64,000 nucleotides of DNA from an uncultured Prevotellaceae bacterium (GCA_937915745.1 CALGGJ010000069.1:5544-69543); one strand, 5' to 3'; positions 1 through 9,285 are shown, counted from the stretch's first letter. Translations and numbers: made by a program. The notes: generated from the sequence alone by a model not told the origin.

Positions 1-97
1 TCACTTGAAGGAAATGATTCGCATGTTTCATCCACAGGCACTGCCCGATTACCAACTTCAATACTATAAACAAATGGAGTAAGGCCTATGACTGCCG

Positions 98-1105
98 TCA
101 ACTGGTGCGCCTCCCTTTCATTATGACGTAAATGATGACTGGTGCGCCCAACATGGGTGTCACCGCATTGAGCGGAATTATACCCTTGTTGCCTGGCAGT
201 ATGCAAATGAGGTTGCAGAGCAACGCAGCAGCTGCACCACAGACAATTGTGAGTGGCATCAGCGTGTTATGATTTTCCGACCTGAGTATCATGCGTGCTA
301 CGTGCGGAGTGGCTAATCCTAAAAACGCAATGGGGCCACAGAAAGCGGTTGTGACAGCAACGAGCAGACCAGTGGCAATAAGCAGCAAGTTGCGTGTGCG
401 ACGGATGTTGATGCCAAGGCTCTCTGCATACTGATTGCCCATCAGAAGAGCATTGAGAGGTTTGATAAGCATCAACGAAATGGAGAGTCCCACCAACGCA
501 CTACCTGCAAACATAGGCATCTGGCCCATCGTCACTCCGCCAAAGTTTCCCAACCCCCAGATTACGAAACTATGGACTCCTTCTTCTGTTGCAAAGAAAT
601 TTAGCAGTGATATGGCCGACGATGTTATATAGCCTATCATGACGCCTGTTATAAGTAGCATGAGGTTGCTTTGTATGAATGTCGAAAGCATCAGGATGAG
701 GGCCATGATGAGCATTGACCCTATGAAAGCCCCCATGACGACCGACATAAAACCCGTAAAGGTTACTCCACCAGTAGTGATAACACCTCCACTGACAAGC
801 ATGACTATGGCTACCCCCAGATTGGCCCCACTGCTAATTCCCAATATTGACGGCCCTGCAAGTGGGTTGCCAAATGCTGTCTGCAACATGAGTCCCGACA
901 CGGCCAGCGAGCTTCCACACAGCAACGCGGTAATTGCCCCTGGCAGTCGCGATTGCAATACAATATAGGCCCAGCCTGCCCGCTCGGCCTCACCTCCTGT
1001 CAAAATGTGCCAAACATCTTTGACTGGTATGTTTACTGAGCCGAAGAAAAGGTTTGCCATGAAGAGCAACACCGTAAGGATTGAAATGACAACAATATAT
1101 CTCAC
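98..1105 (-). CDS. ABC transporter permease, FecCD/BtuC family (iron-siderophore or cobalamin type)
   Basis: 335-aa polytopic membrane ORF with family-typical stretches (LQSRLPGAITALLCGSSLAVSG; NPLAGPSILGISSGA; GPIAFLGLATPH). The start at 1105 is GTG; the ATG at codon 16 is an alternative. Confidence 0.85.
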   Translation of the reverse strand: MRYIVVISILTVLLFMANLFFGSVNIPVKDVWHILTGGEAERAGWAYIVLQSRLPGAITALLCGSSLAVSGLMLQTAFGNPLAGPSILGISSGANLGVAIVMLVSGGVITTGGVTFTGFMSVVMGAFIGSMLIMALILMLSTFIQSNLMLLITGVMIGYITSSAISLLNFFATEEGVHSFVIWGLGNFGGVTMGQMPMFAGSALVGLSISLMLIKPLNALLMGNQYAESLGINIRRTRNLLLIATGLLVAVTTAFCGPIAFLGLATPHVARMILRSENHNTLMPLTIVCGAAAALLCNLICILPGNKGIIPLNAVTPMLGAPVIIYVIMKGRRTS

Positions 1106-1110
1106 TGAGG

Positions 1111-1173
1111 GTATGTTTACTGAAAGAGTATGTTTACTGAAAGAGTATGTTTACTGAAGGAGTATGTTTACCT
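1111..1173. repeat. 17-bp tandem repeat GTATGTTTACTGAAAGA, about 3.7 copies
   Basis: Copies at 1111-1127, 1128-1144, 1145-1161 and a partial copy at 1162-1173. It fills the gap between the stop of the hydrolase gene (1181) and the permease start (1105). The 13-nt core also occurs inside the permease CDS at 1027-1039. Confidence 0.9.
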
Positions 1174-1180
1174 GGGATTC

Positions 1181-2095
1181 CTACTCCATCTTTGAATTTC
1201 GTTCTAGAGTCCAACCTTCGCGTTTGGCCAGTTCGGGTTCTTTACCCACGAACATCTTGGCGGCTTGCTTGTCACCTTTGAGTTGCCACTGCAGCCATGC
1301 AAGTGCCACAACCGAGAATTCGCCCCCGTGAGGTTGACTGTATGTACCTCCATGCCCTACTGGAAAGTTGGCCACTGCCGCCGGTACGTGGTCGATGCGG
1401 TGAAAGTCATCCATACCATTGCCGTATGCAATGTCACGTTCACCACCTAAGATGTAGATTACTGGTGTGTGTATTTCCTTGAGTTTTTCCTTTGGGGGCA
1501 TCGGCATTCCGCCAACGGCACTGCCAGCATTCTGCTGGTTGAACAGTCCGCTGTTGCAAATCATTAGGGCTGTGATTCGTTTGTCGGCACAGTTGTAGAG
1601 TGCCTGGAGTCCTCCACACGACATGCCTGCCATGCATATGTTCTTAGTATCAATCTTGCCATAGTATGGACTGTCTTTCTTCTCGTTTTGTTGCATTACC
1701 CAGTCTATTGACTCTATCTGCTGTTGAGTGGTTGACATAGGGCCTTGGTAGCGTTCGCCTTGTTTTGGCATGTATCCCGTTGCAACCACAATGAAGCCGT
1801 GTGATGCAATCTCGTTGAGAAACAGGTAGTGCTCGAATGGTGAGTTTGTGCATGCTCCGTTGCCCCACACGAGTACCTGCAGTTTTTCTGTTTGGCCAAA
1901 TGGCGTGAGGTCTTGTGGTACAAAGATGGTGTGTGCCTCGAGGCTGGCATCTTCGAGCATGATGGCCTTGTAGGCTCCGGTTCCGCCTTCATCGACCACA
2001 CGTGAGTCTTTTGTCTGAGCTGTTACCGGCATGAGGGTTCCGACCATTAAAAGACATACTGCTGCGAGTGTATGTCTCAGATTTAGAATTTTCAT
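1181..2095 (-). CDS. secreted alpha/beta-hydrolase fold protein
   Basis: 304 aa. Has an N-terminal signal peptide (...PVTAQ), a nucleophile elbow G-M-S-C-G-G and a late His (PVGHGG). Substrate unknown. Confidence 0.6.
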   Translation of the reverse strand: MKILNLRHTLAAVCLLMVGTLMPVTAQTKDSRVVDEGGTGAYKAIMLEDASLEAHTIFVPQDLTPFGQTEKLQVLVWGNGACTNSPFEHYLFLNEIASHGFIVVATGYMPKQGERYQGPMSTTQQQIESIDWVMQQNEKKDSPYYGKIDTKNICMAGMSCGGLQALYNCADKRITALMICNSGLFNQQNAGSAVGGMPMPPKEKLKEIHTPVIYILGGERDIAYGNGMDDFHRIDHVPAAVANFPVGHGGTYSQPHGGEFSVVALAWLQWQLKGDKQAAKMFVGKEPELAKREGWTLERNSKME

Positions 2096-2140
2096 AATTG
2101 TTTGTTTTTGGAGTTAATTTATAGGTATGGTTTCTTCTTC

Positions 2141-3631
2141 CTACTGGTTGCTGATATACTGGTATATGGTCAGTACGTCTTGTGTATCGACCACTCCGTC
2201 ACCATTGACGTCGAATGCAGAGATGTCGGCTCCATCACCGTGCCGGTTCATAAATTCATATACGGCAAGCACGTCTTGTGTATCGACCGCTCCGTCGGCA
2301 TTTGTATCGACAGGTAGCTTACGGCTGACAGCGCGCACTGTTACATAATCAATGAAGCAGCGTTGACCTGCATCGGCAGCGATGGTGAGTTTAGGTTGAG
2401 GCAGTACTGAGTTGAACTCAAGTGTGATGACTTGGTAGGCATCAGCCATGCGCGATGTGTAGGTTACATTCTTTGTCTCGCCTCCGATGCTGACCGTAAT
2501 CCCTCCTTCGACCGTGGTCCATCCTTTGACGGCCAGCTCCACTACGACTGCTCCACCTTGGTAGTTGATGGTGCGCGACGTGAGTTGTCCGGCTTTCTTG
2601 GCTGTTGACAGGCGCACTGCTCCGCCTGCCTGATAGGCAGTGGTGGCGCTGAAGTTGTCGTTTCCGTACCATGAGGTTGACGAGTTTGTTGTCGTGTTGC
2701 TGCCTTCGGTGAGTTCGTCGAAGTATTCAGCAAGCAGCATTTCGCCTGGAACGACAATGCCTATCGTGTCGGTTGGTTCTTCGACAATGTCGATATGTTC
2801 ACCGTTGATATGGGTGTAGAGTGCTACAGAGTCGAGACAGAACTCTACCGATTGATAGTCTCCCCATATGTAATCGGCCAACACAGGATAGTCGATGAAT
2901 GGGTTTCGGTTGTGTTGTATTGCTTCGGCCGAGTTGTTGATTTTGATTTCTTTCTCGCTCACAGGGTCTTGGTTGTGCCATTTGAGCAGTAGTTTGTATA
3001 GCCACGGGTTGAGTGTGGGCCAGTCTTCGCACTTTATTTCGCTCTTCACATTAGAGTTGGTTCCCCACCCTATATCGCTGTAGCATGTAGCTACATAGAA
3101 ATATATGCGTGCAAAGTCGCCCTTGTATTCATCGGCCGGTTCAAACACGTAGTTGTAGGTGCCTCCTTGTCCCTCGACCGGACGTCCCACTTTGATACAT
3201 CCGTTGTCGTATGTGATGCTCGACACGGTGCCAATTGGGTAGTTGCTCTTGCGATTGTTGACAACCTGTTCGGAAGGGATCACACTGTAGAGGTCGCTAT
3301 AGGCGGCATTCCGTTCTCCATTCCACCAGCTGTTGGGGATGACGTGTTCTTTGTTCCACTTGTTGGAGGTGGAGAAAGTGTAGTCGTCGTATGAAAACAT
3401 ATCGTACACAAGTGTAGGGTCGTCGTCTTGATAATAAACCGACTCGTAGGCTTTGGGCAGTGCACCAGAGTATGAAAGTGTCACGTGGTCGGATATTATG
3501 TTTTTAAGCGCAAGTTTCAGATCCACCTGTGTCGTGCCTTCTGCACTTTGGTAGTAGGTGGCTGAAGGCTGTGCCACGACATAAGTCATGGCACAGACGA
3601 GCATACATATTGTGTAGGATATACGATGCAT
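2141..3631 (-). CDS. secreted endonuclease I family nuclease with C-terminal dockerin-like repeats
   Basis: 496 aa with a signal peptide. Endonuclease I signatures (EHVIPNSWW, NNRKSNYP, GDFARIYFY, HNRNPFIDYP). C-terminus has two D-x-N-x-DG-x-VDTQDVL segments. Confidence 0.75.
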   Translation of the reverse strand: MHRISYTICMLVCAMTYVVAQPSATYYQSAEGTTQVDLKLALKNIISDHVTLSYSGALPKAYESVYYQDDDPTLVYDMFSYDDYTFSTSNKWNKEHVIPNSWWNGERNAAYSDLYSVIPSEQVVNNRKSNYPIGTVSSITYDNGCIKVGRPVEGQGGTYNYVFEPADEYKGDFARIYFYVATCYSDIGWGTNSNVKSEIKCEDWPTLNPWLYKLLLKWHNQDPVSEKEIKINNSAEAIQHNRNPFIDYPVLADYIWGDYQSVEFCLDSVALYTHINGEHIDIVEEPTDTIGIVVPGEMLLAEYFDELTEGSNTTTNSSTSWYGNDNFSATTAYQAGGAVRLSTAKKAGQLTSRTINYQGGAVVVELAVKGWTTVEGGITVSIGGETKNVTYTSRMADAYQVITLEFNSVLPQPKLTIAADAGQRCFIDYVTVRAVSRKLPVDTNADGAVDTQDVLAVYEFMNRHGDGADISAFDVNGDGVVDTQDVLTIYQYISNQ

Positions 3632-3643
3632 TTTGTGTGTTAT

Positions 3644-6283
3644 TTAGTTTTCCTGCATCTTCTCATAGACTTTGAGTACGTCTTGTGTGTCGGTTGCTCC
3701 ATCAGAGTTTACATCTGTGCTTCCGACAGGCGTATCGTCGGTCTTGTTTTGCATAAACTCATATATTACGAGCACGTCCTGTGTATCTACAGCTCCGTCA
3801 CCGTTTACGTCTTCAGCCTCGGCTTCGGTTGGTTGTGTGAAGCTGAATTGGTCAACAGCTTTCAGTCCTGCCACCGAGAAGTACTTGTCGATATTGCCAT
3901 GCAGCCATATCTCGCGACCGAGCATATCCGGATTGTCTTTGAGGTTGATGGCTTCGCGCACTTCCTTGCAGGCAGCCGGGCTTGATGCAAGCTGTACTGG
4001 TATGCAGTTCTTGTAGTCGGCCTCGTCGGCGGCATCGGCTATTACGATGTTGGTTGCAGGTGCTTCGTCGGTACCGAATACAATCTTGTCGGCATTGAAT
4101 GCCCCGTTTGCAAAGCCCACGATGTAGGCCTTCACCCATACGCCTTCAATAGCTGTGGTGCCGTCGAATACAGCCATCACGTCGGTTGTCGTGAATGGTT
4201 TTGCAGCTGTGCCGTCGGCTCCTGATGTGACTGCCAATGTGAACGACTTGCTGTCTTCGGCGTATGTGGCGGTCGTTGCGGTTGTGGCTGTGATGGTGGT
4301 TATGCCTGTGCCTACGATTGTGATGACTCCGTCGGCCGAGATGGTTGCCACGTCGGTGTTGGACGATGTGTAAACTACTGCTGCATCCGAGTTGGTGTTG
4401 AATGCATTGTCAACATTCGAGCCAATAGCTGCCACGATGTGTTGTGTGGTCCATCCCGACTCTGGTGCAGTGAGGTCGGATACTGCCTCAACATCGTCGG
4501 CACTTACTGCATAGTATTGTATTGTTTCTTTGTATGGTATGACAAATACATTGAGGTTGTAGGTGCTGTAGCTGTTGAATGTGATGCCCGAGAGGTTGTT
4601 GAAGTTGTCGCGCAGGACGATTTGTGTTCCATCGTCGTCGGAGAATGTATAGTTCAGTCTGCCTGATACTGTCTCTTGCGATTCGTATGTGAGTCCTTCG
4701 AGGCGTATGTATCGGCTTGCATCTGCTGCGGTGATGGTTGCAGCTGTAGTTGTGGTGGCTGTCACTGTATTGTCTGAACTTACGACTGTGATGCTGGCCC
4801 ACTTATCGCTCACGGCAAGTTCTGGCAGCCCATTATAGAGATAGAGCTTGCCTTCGATGGTTCCGCTTATGATATCACCTTTCTTCAGGTTAGATGATGA
4901 GCCATAGAGCAGGAATGCGCCCTTATCGTCGGCTACAAACACATTTGTGTTGTTGACTCCTGTCACGAGCAGGTTAGTTGGAGTGAACTTCACTGTTGGT
5001 GCATTGCTTGAGCTGGTTGCCGTACATGCGGCGATGAGGTCGGCTATTGTCATGAGGGCGGCAGTTTTGTTGATGGTGATTACTACTGTTGTTGTTCCTA
5101 CAAAGTTGTCATCATCATCGTATGTGGATGCCTTGACGGTTGTGGTTTCGGTCACTGTGAACGGACCCTCATAGAGTATTGAGTTGTCGCCTCCGTTTTC
5201 GGGTTCAGAGCCATCGAGTGTATAGTATATTGTGTAGTCGTTGCCCGAGAGGTCGGTGATGGTCACCGTCTGGTCGTCTTCGTATGTACCTGTTGCAGGT
5301 GTTATTGCAGGGCCGTATGCCTGCGGTTCTGTCACACCAATCTCGCCGGCTCCCTTGATAACCAACTGGTCGAGTTCGTATGTACCTGCACTTGCTTCGG
5401 TGCTGACGTATGCAACAGCGAGCATCACTGATGGCTTGCCTGCATAAGCTGCTATATCGACGGTCGATTCAACGAATGTCCAGTTGTTGCCGGCCGGCCA
5501 TGTAGCCACTTCGAGTTTGTTCCATGTGCCACCCTCGTCGGTTGAAGCATAGTATGCTACCTGGTCGGACACTGCACCTGCAAACTTATTGCCTGCATGG
5601 TTGATGGTGAGTTCGAGGCCGGATGCCTTCGAAAGGTCGAAGATTGGTGAAACGAGCCACGACTCAGATTGATGCGAAGCGTTATCTACGTATGCACTGG
5701 CCACATATCCATAGCTTGTACTTACCTTCCATACATACGACAGTGCTTCGTCCATACTCTTATCGTCGATGCTCCATCCGTCCTGCGACGTCTTGAAGTT
5801 GATGCTGTATAGTGTGCTTAGTACTATGTGGCCACTTTCGGTCGAGACGGTAACGCTCTTTATCTGTGTATTCTTGGCTACATCGAAGTCTATTGACTGT
5901 GCACTGCCGCTCCATTCCTTGCCATCGAGGGTGCCTGTATTGGTAGTCACGCTCCAGTTTGAACCTGTATCAAACTTGATGTATGTGATTGGTGCGCCGC
6001 TCGAGGCGATGGTAAATGTGCCTGAATAGATGCGCAGACGTGGCGATGCGTTCCAGATGCGGGTTGCAGTACCCGACTCTGCCGGATTCACGGTCATCGT
6101 TATGTCGCCGCTTGTAATTGTTACGGTTTCGGTGATGTCACCGTCGTGCGAGTCACCAGATGATTCACCTGCAAGATTAGGGAAAAGTGTTTTGTAGTCG
6201 TTGTCAAAGTCGAATGTAACATCTTCGGCAAACATTGCAGCACTTAGCACGAGTGCCATGATTGAAAGTAGAAGTTTCTTCAT
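3644..6283 (-). CDS. large secreted multidomain protein (putative DNA-binding/nuclease-associated) with C-terminal dockerin-like repeats
   Basis: 879 aa with a signal peptide. Contains an Fn3-associated/chitobiase-C-like module (YTIYYTLDGSEPENGG), a Big_2-type Ig module (VYTSSNTDVATISADGVITIVGTGITTITA) and OB-fold-like modules as found in extracellular nucleases (DUF6359-like C-terminal module). Ends with two DVN-x-DG-x-x-DTQDVL repeats. Confidence 0.6.
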   Translation of the reverse strand: MKKLLLSIMALVLSAAMFAEDVTFDFDNDYKTLFPNLAGESSGDSHDGDITETVTITSGDITMTVNPAESGTATRIWNASPRLRIYSGTFTIASSGAPITYIKFDTGSNWSVTTNTGTLDGKEWSGSAQSIDFDVAKNTQIKSVTVSTESGHIVLSTLYSINFKTSQDGWSIDDKSMDEALSYVWKVSTSYGYVASAYVDNASHQSESWLVSPIFDLSKASGLELTINHAGNKFAGAVSDQVAYYASTDEGGTWNKLEVATWPAGNNWTFVESTVDIAAYAGKPSVMLAVAYVSTEASAGTYELDQLVIKGAGEIGVTEPQAYGPAITPATGTYEDDQTVTITDLSGNDYTIYYTLDGSEPENGGDNSILYEGPFTVTETTTVKASTYDDDDNFVGTTTVVITINKTAALMTIADLIAACTATSSSNAPTVKFTPTNLLVTGVNNTNVFVADDKGAFLLYGSSSNLKKGDIISGTIEGKLYLYNGLPELAVSDKWASITVVSSDNTVTATTTTAATITAADASRYIRLEGLTYESQETVSGRLNYTFSDDDGTQIVLRDNFNNLSGITFNSYSTYNLNVFVIPYKETIQYYAVSADDVEAVSDLTAPESGWTTQHIVAAIGSNVDNAFNTNSDAAVVYTSSNTDVATISADGVITIVGTGITTITATTATTATYAEDSKSFTLAVTSGADGTAAKPFTTTDVMAVFDGTTAIEGVWVKAYIVGFANGAFNADKIVFGTDEAPATNIVIADAADEADYKNCIPVQLASSPAACKEVREAINLKDNPDMLGREIWLHGNIDKYFSVAGLKAVDQFSFTQPTEAEAEDVNGDGAVDTQDVLVIYEFMQNKTDDTPVGSTDVNSDGATDTQDVLKVYEKMQEN

Positions 6284-6410
6284 AATCTTATCTATTTAAC
6301 AATTTGATGCTTTTGAGTATTCTTGTGGAGTTGTCTGAGCTTGCTGAGCTCCCGTCCCTCCCGATTGTGTCCCTCGTCTCTCTGATGGAGTAAGCAGGGA
6401 CTTGGATTTT

Positions 6411-7505
6411 TTATTTCCCTGCTCTCTTCACAAGGAATATCTGTGTAGGCAGGTGGTCGCTGTATCCATTGAGCCACACTCCGCTGGCTGTCGTACGCTT
6501 TGGTGCTCCCTTGGTCTTACCCTCTTGTGAGATAAGGAAATCGCGCAGGTATATTTCGTGTTTGCGGAACTTCAGTTCGTCGTAGTTGGTCTGTCCCTCG
6601 GGGTTGAGCAGGTTGCCCGAGAGGATGATTTGGTCAAAGAGGTTCCACTTTCCGTCGTAGAGCAGTGTTCCCTGTCCCACCTTGTACAGTGTTTCATACC
6701 ATGGGTTGTACATGTCGTGCGGTCCGCAGTCGGCTTGCTTGCTCTTGGCACCGAGGGCCTTTGTCACACTCTTGTCTTTAGGGTCGTCGTTGAGGTCGCC
6801 CATGATGATGACCTTGGCCTTCGGGTCAAGTGCCTGAATTGAGTCAATCATGCGGCGCACCTGCCGGCCTCCCATCTCGCGGAACTCGCTTCCGGCGGCT
6901 CGCGACGGCCAGTGGTTGACGATGAAGTGCATCTTCTCGCCTGCCAGCGTACCGCTTGCAAGCAGGAAACCGCGTGTGGCACGTGTGGTGTCGCCATTCT
7001 CATACACGAACTGTGTGAGGTGGTAGTTTTCGAGGTGAAACTGCGATGGGTCGTAGAAGAAAGCACAATCCACACCACGCTTGTCGGGACCCTCGACGTG
7101 GATTATCTGCCACCCTTTGTCGCGCAATGCAGGCTCGCGCAGCAGGTCTTCGAGCACACGCCGGTTCTCAACCTCAGACAGGCCTATGATTGCCGGACTT
7201 TTACACACTTTGCGTACTCCGTCTTTCATGGTCATCTCTGTTCCTAGGTTAGTGAGCACCTGTGCCATATTCTTCAGCTTATTGGTATATTTCATGGTAC
7301 CCCATTTGTTGGTGCCGTCGGGCAGATACTCATAGTCGTTCTTGCCTGGGTCGTGGATGGTGTCAAACAGGTTTTCAAGATTGTAGAATGCTACTCCGTA
7401 TATCTGCAACGGACCATCGTCGGCAGGACGAGGCAATGGTCTTTGCCATGACGCAAAGGTCAGGACAAGGGCTACTGACATGAGTGTGAGAAATGCTTTC
7501 TTCAT
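6411..7505 (-). CDS. secreted endonuclease/exonuclease/phosphatase (EEP) family protein
   Basis: 364 aa with a signal peptide. EEP hallmarks: N-terminal FYNLENLFD, NHWPSR, GDLND, C-terminal SDHLP. Confidence 0.8.
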   Translation of the reverse strand: MKKAFLTLMSVALVLTFASWQRPLPRPADDGPLQIYGVAFYNLENLFDTIHDPGKNDYEYLPDGTNKWGTMKYTNKLKNMAQVLTNLGTEMTMKDGVRKVCKSPAIIGLSEVENRRVLEDLLREPALRDKGWQIIHVEGPDKRGVDCAFFYDPSQFHLENYHLTQFVYENGDTTRATRGFLLASGTLAGEKMHFIVNHWPSRAAGSEFREMGGRQVRRMIDSIQALDPKAKVIIMGDLNDDPKDKSVTKALGAKSKQADCGPHDMYNPWYETLYKVGQGTLLYDGKWNLFDQIILSGNLLNPEGQTNYDELKFRKHEIYLRDFLISQEGKTKGAPKRTTASGVWLNGYSDHLPTQIFLVKRAGK

Positions 7506-7584
7506 AAATTGGTCGTTTTATGCTCAGTTTGATTTGTTATTATTTATTTCCTTTCAGTAAGTGCAGGTATCGATTCCTGTGCTG

Positions 7585-7592
7585 CAAATATA
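7585..7592 (-). promoter_or_regulatory. Bacteroidota -7 promoter motif (TATATTTG) upstream of the nuclease locus
   Basis: The plus strand reads CAAATATA. It lies about 80 nt upstream of the ATG at 7505. Confidence 0.45.
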
Positions 7593-7901
7593 ACACAATT
7601 TATCGATATGGCAAGCACTCTTCATACATTTTTTCATTTCCATACAATAAATAATTACAGCATGGCTACAATCGGCCACTGACAGCGGCATTCGGCCGAC
7701 TGTCAATCGGCCATGCCGACGTGGAGGCGCAGTCATCGCATCCTTGTAACTCCGACGGAGCATCCGTTCGGCCTATCAGGATGTAAAGATATTCGGAGTA
7801 TTCGGCCTTCATTCCCTGCAATTTGCATTTGTTTTCAGTGCATACACTGTGCAAGGATGGAAAAAGCGGGATTGGAGTTTGCCTGTTTGTCTATTATTTC
7901 T

Positions 7902-7909
7902 TAACTTTG
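7902..7909 (+). promoter_or_regulatory. Bacteroidota -7 promoter motif (TAACTTTG)
   Basis: TAnnTTTG match about 90 nt upstream of the ATG at 7999. Confidence 0.5.
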
Positions 7910-7998
7910 CACACAGACAAAAACAAATTCCGCGTCTTGCACACGTATAACAACTGATCTCAATTACTTCACACAACAAAACCTACACGCCAAACGAT

Positions 7999-9285
7999 AT
8001 GACACGAAACAGACACAACATTGCAGCAACACTCATTATTACGATGACCTTGCTGACGACATCAGCCTCCACGCAGGCCCAACAAATAAAAGTAGCCTGT
8101 GTGGGCAACAGCATCACGTGGGGTCCCGGTATTCCCGACCGCGACCACAACTCCTATCCAGCGCAACTGCAGTCGCTGCTCGGCCCGGGCTTCGATGTAA
8201 GAAACTACGGCAACTGCGGCAAATGTGCTCAGACATCAGGCGACGATCCCTACACCAGCACCGACGAGTATGCTGCTGCACTGAAGTTCAATCCCGACAT
8301 CGTGGTGGTGAAACTCGGTACCAACGACAGCAAACCACAGAACTGGAAGTCGCAGAAGCAGTTTGGTAAAGACCTCGACAAGATTGCCACCGCCTTCGCG
8401 CAACTACCGTCCCACCCACGCATCATCATGGCACTGCCGGCCACGGCATTCAACCACGCCTGGGGCATCAACGACAGCATCATCCAGGCAGGTGTGATAC
8501 CGGCTGTGACCTCAATCTGCAAGAAACACAACTGGCAACTGCTCGACCTGCATACACTCACCCAAACCATGTCGGCCGACTTCATCGACGGCATACACCC
8601 TAACACCCGCGCCGCAGGAGCCATAGCACGGGCAGTGCGCGATGCTATAGCCACCGACCCCACACGACCACAGGTATTGCTCAAGACCGACTGCGGTAAC
8701 ATAGTTGTCGAACTGTTTAACGAGACACCTCTACATCGCGACAACTTCCTGAGACAAGTGAAGGCAGGCACGTTCGACGGAGTGCTGTGGCACAGAGTCA
8801 TCGACCAGTTCCTCATTCAGACAGGCGACCGCCTCAGCAAACAAGCCAAGGCTGGGCAGATGCTGGGCGAGGGCGACGAAACACCGGCCGACTGGATACC
8901 GGCCGAAGTACGGGCACCACTCTACTACCACCAGTACGGAATGCTCAATGCCGCACGCGAGGGCGACGACACCAATCCACTGCGCAAAAGTTCGTCAACC
9001 CAGTTCACCATCATCACCGGACGCACTATGGACGATGCAGCACTCGACCGCACACAGACACGCATAGACGAATGGACCGGCAACACATTCAAACTGACCC
9101 CCGAAATGCGACAAACCTACAAAACCATAGGCGGAGCGCCACACCTCGACGGCAGTTATACAGTGTTTGGACGCGTAGTGAGCGGCATGGAGGTGGTCGA
9201 GGCAATTGAGAAAACACCTACCGACCACAACGACCGGCCGACTACCGACATAAGAATAAAACGGGCAAGAATAATAAGGAAATGA
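7999..9285 (+). CDS. fusion protein: SGNH/GDSL hydrolase domain plus cyclophilin-type peptidyl-prolyl isomerase domain
   Basis: 428 aa with a signal peptide. The N-terminal half has the SGNH blocks (VACVGNSITWG, KLGTNDS, DGIHPN). The C-terminal half is cyclophilin-like (NFLRQVKAGTFDGVLWHRVIDQFLIQTGD ... FTIITG ... HLDGSYTVFGRVVSGMEVV). Confidence 0.75.
   Translation: MTRNRHNIAATLIITMTLLTTSASTQAQQIKVACVGNSITWGPGIPDRDHNSYPAQLQSLLGPGFDVRNYGNCGKCAQTSGDDPYTSTDEYAAALKFNPDIVVVKLGTNDSKPQNWKSQKQFGKDLDKIATAFAQLPSHPRIIMALPATAFNHAWGINDSIIQAGVIPAVTSICKKHNWQLLDLHTLTQTMSADFIDGIHPNTRAAGAIARAVRDAIATDPTRPQVLLKTDCGNIVVELFNETPLHRDNFLRQVKAGTFDGVLWHRVIDQFLIQTGDRLSKQAKAGQMLGEGDETPADWIPAEVRAPLYYHQYGMLNAAREGDDTNPLRKSSSTQFTIITGRTMDDAALDRTQTRIDEWTGNTFKLTPEMRQTYKTIGGAPHLDGSYTVFGRVVSGMEVVEAIEKTPTDHNDRPTTDIRIKRARIIRK

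Noticed and set aside
1-97. Possible start of a further minus-strand gene downstream of the permease (an ABC ATPase would be expected there).
   Set aside because: Only about 30 codons are visible. No frame gives a recognisable ATPase N-terminus or a convincing start codon, so it cannot be called from this window.
7675-7681. GCCACTG (B12-box-like) in the 490-bp divergent spacer, suggesting a cobalamin riboswitch. The same spacer has repeated TTCGGCC / CAATCGGCCA words.
   Set aside because: The upstream GGGAA...GGTG...TCC elements of the cobalamin riboswitch are absent on either strand, and neither flanking gene is B12-related. I could not fold a convincing structure by eye. The interval at about 7600-7900 remains unexplained.
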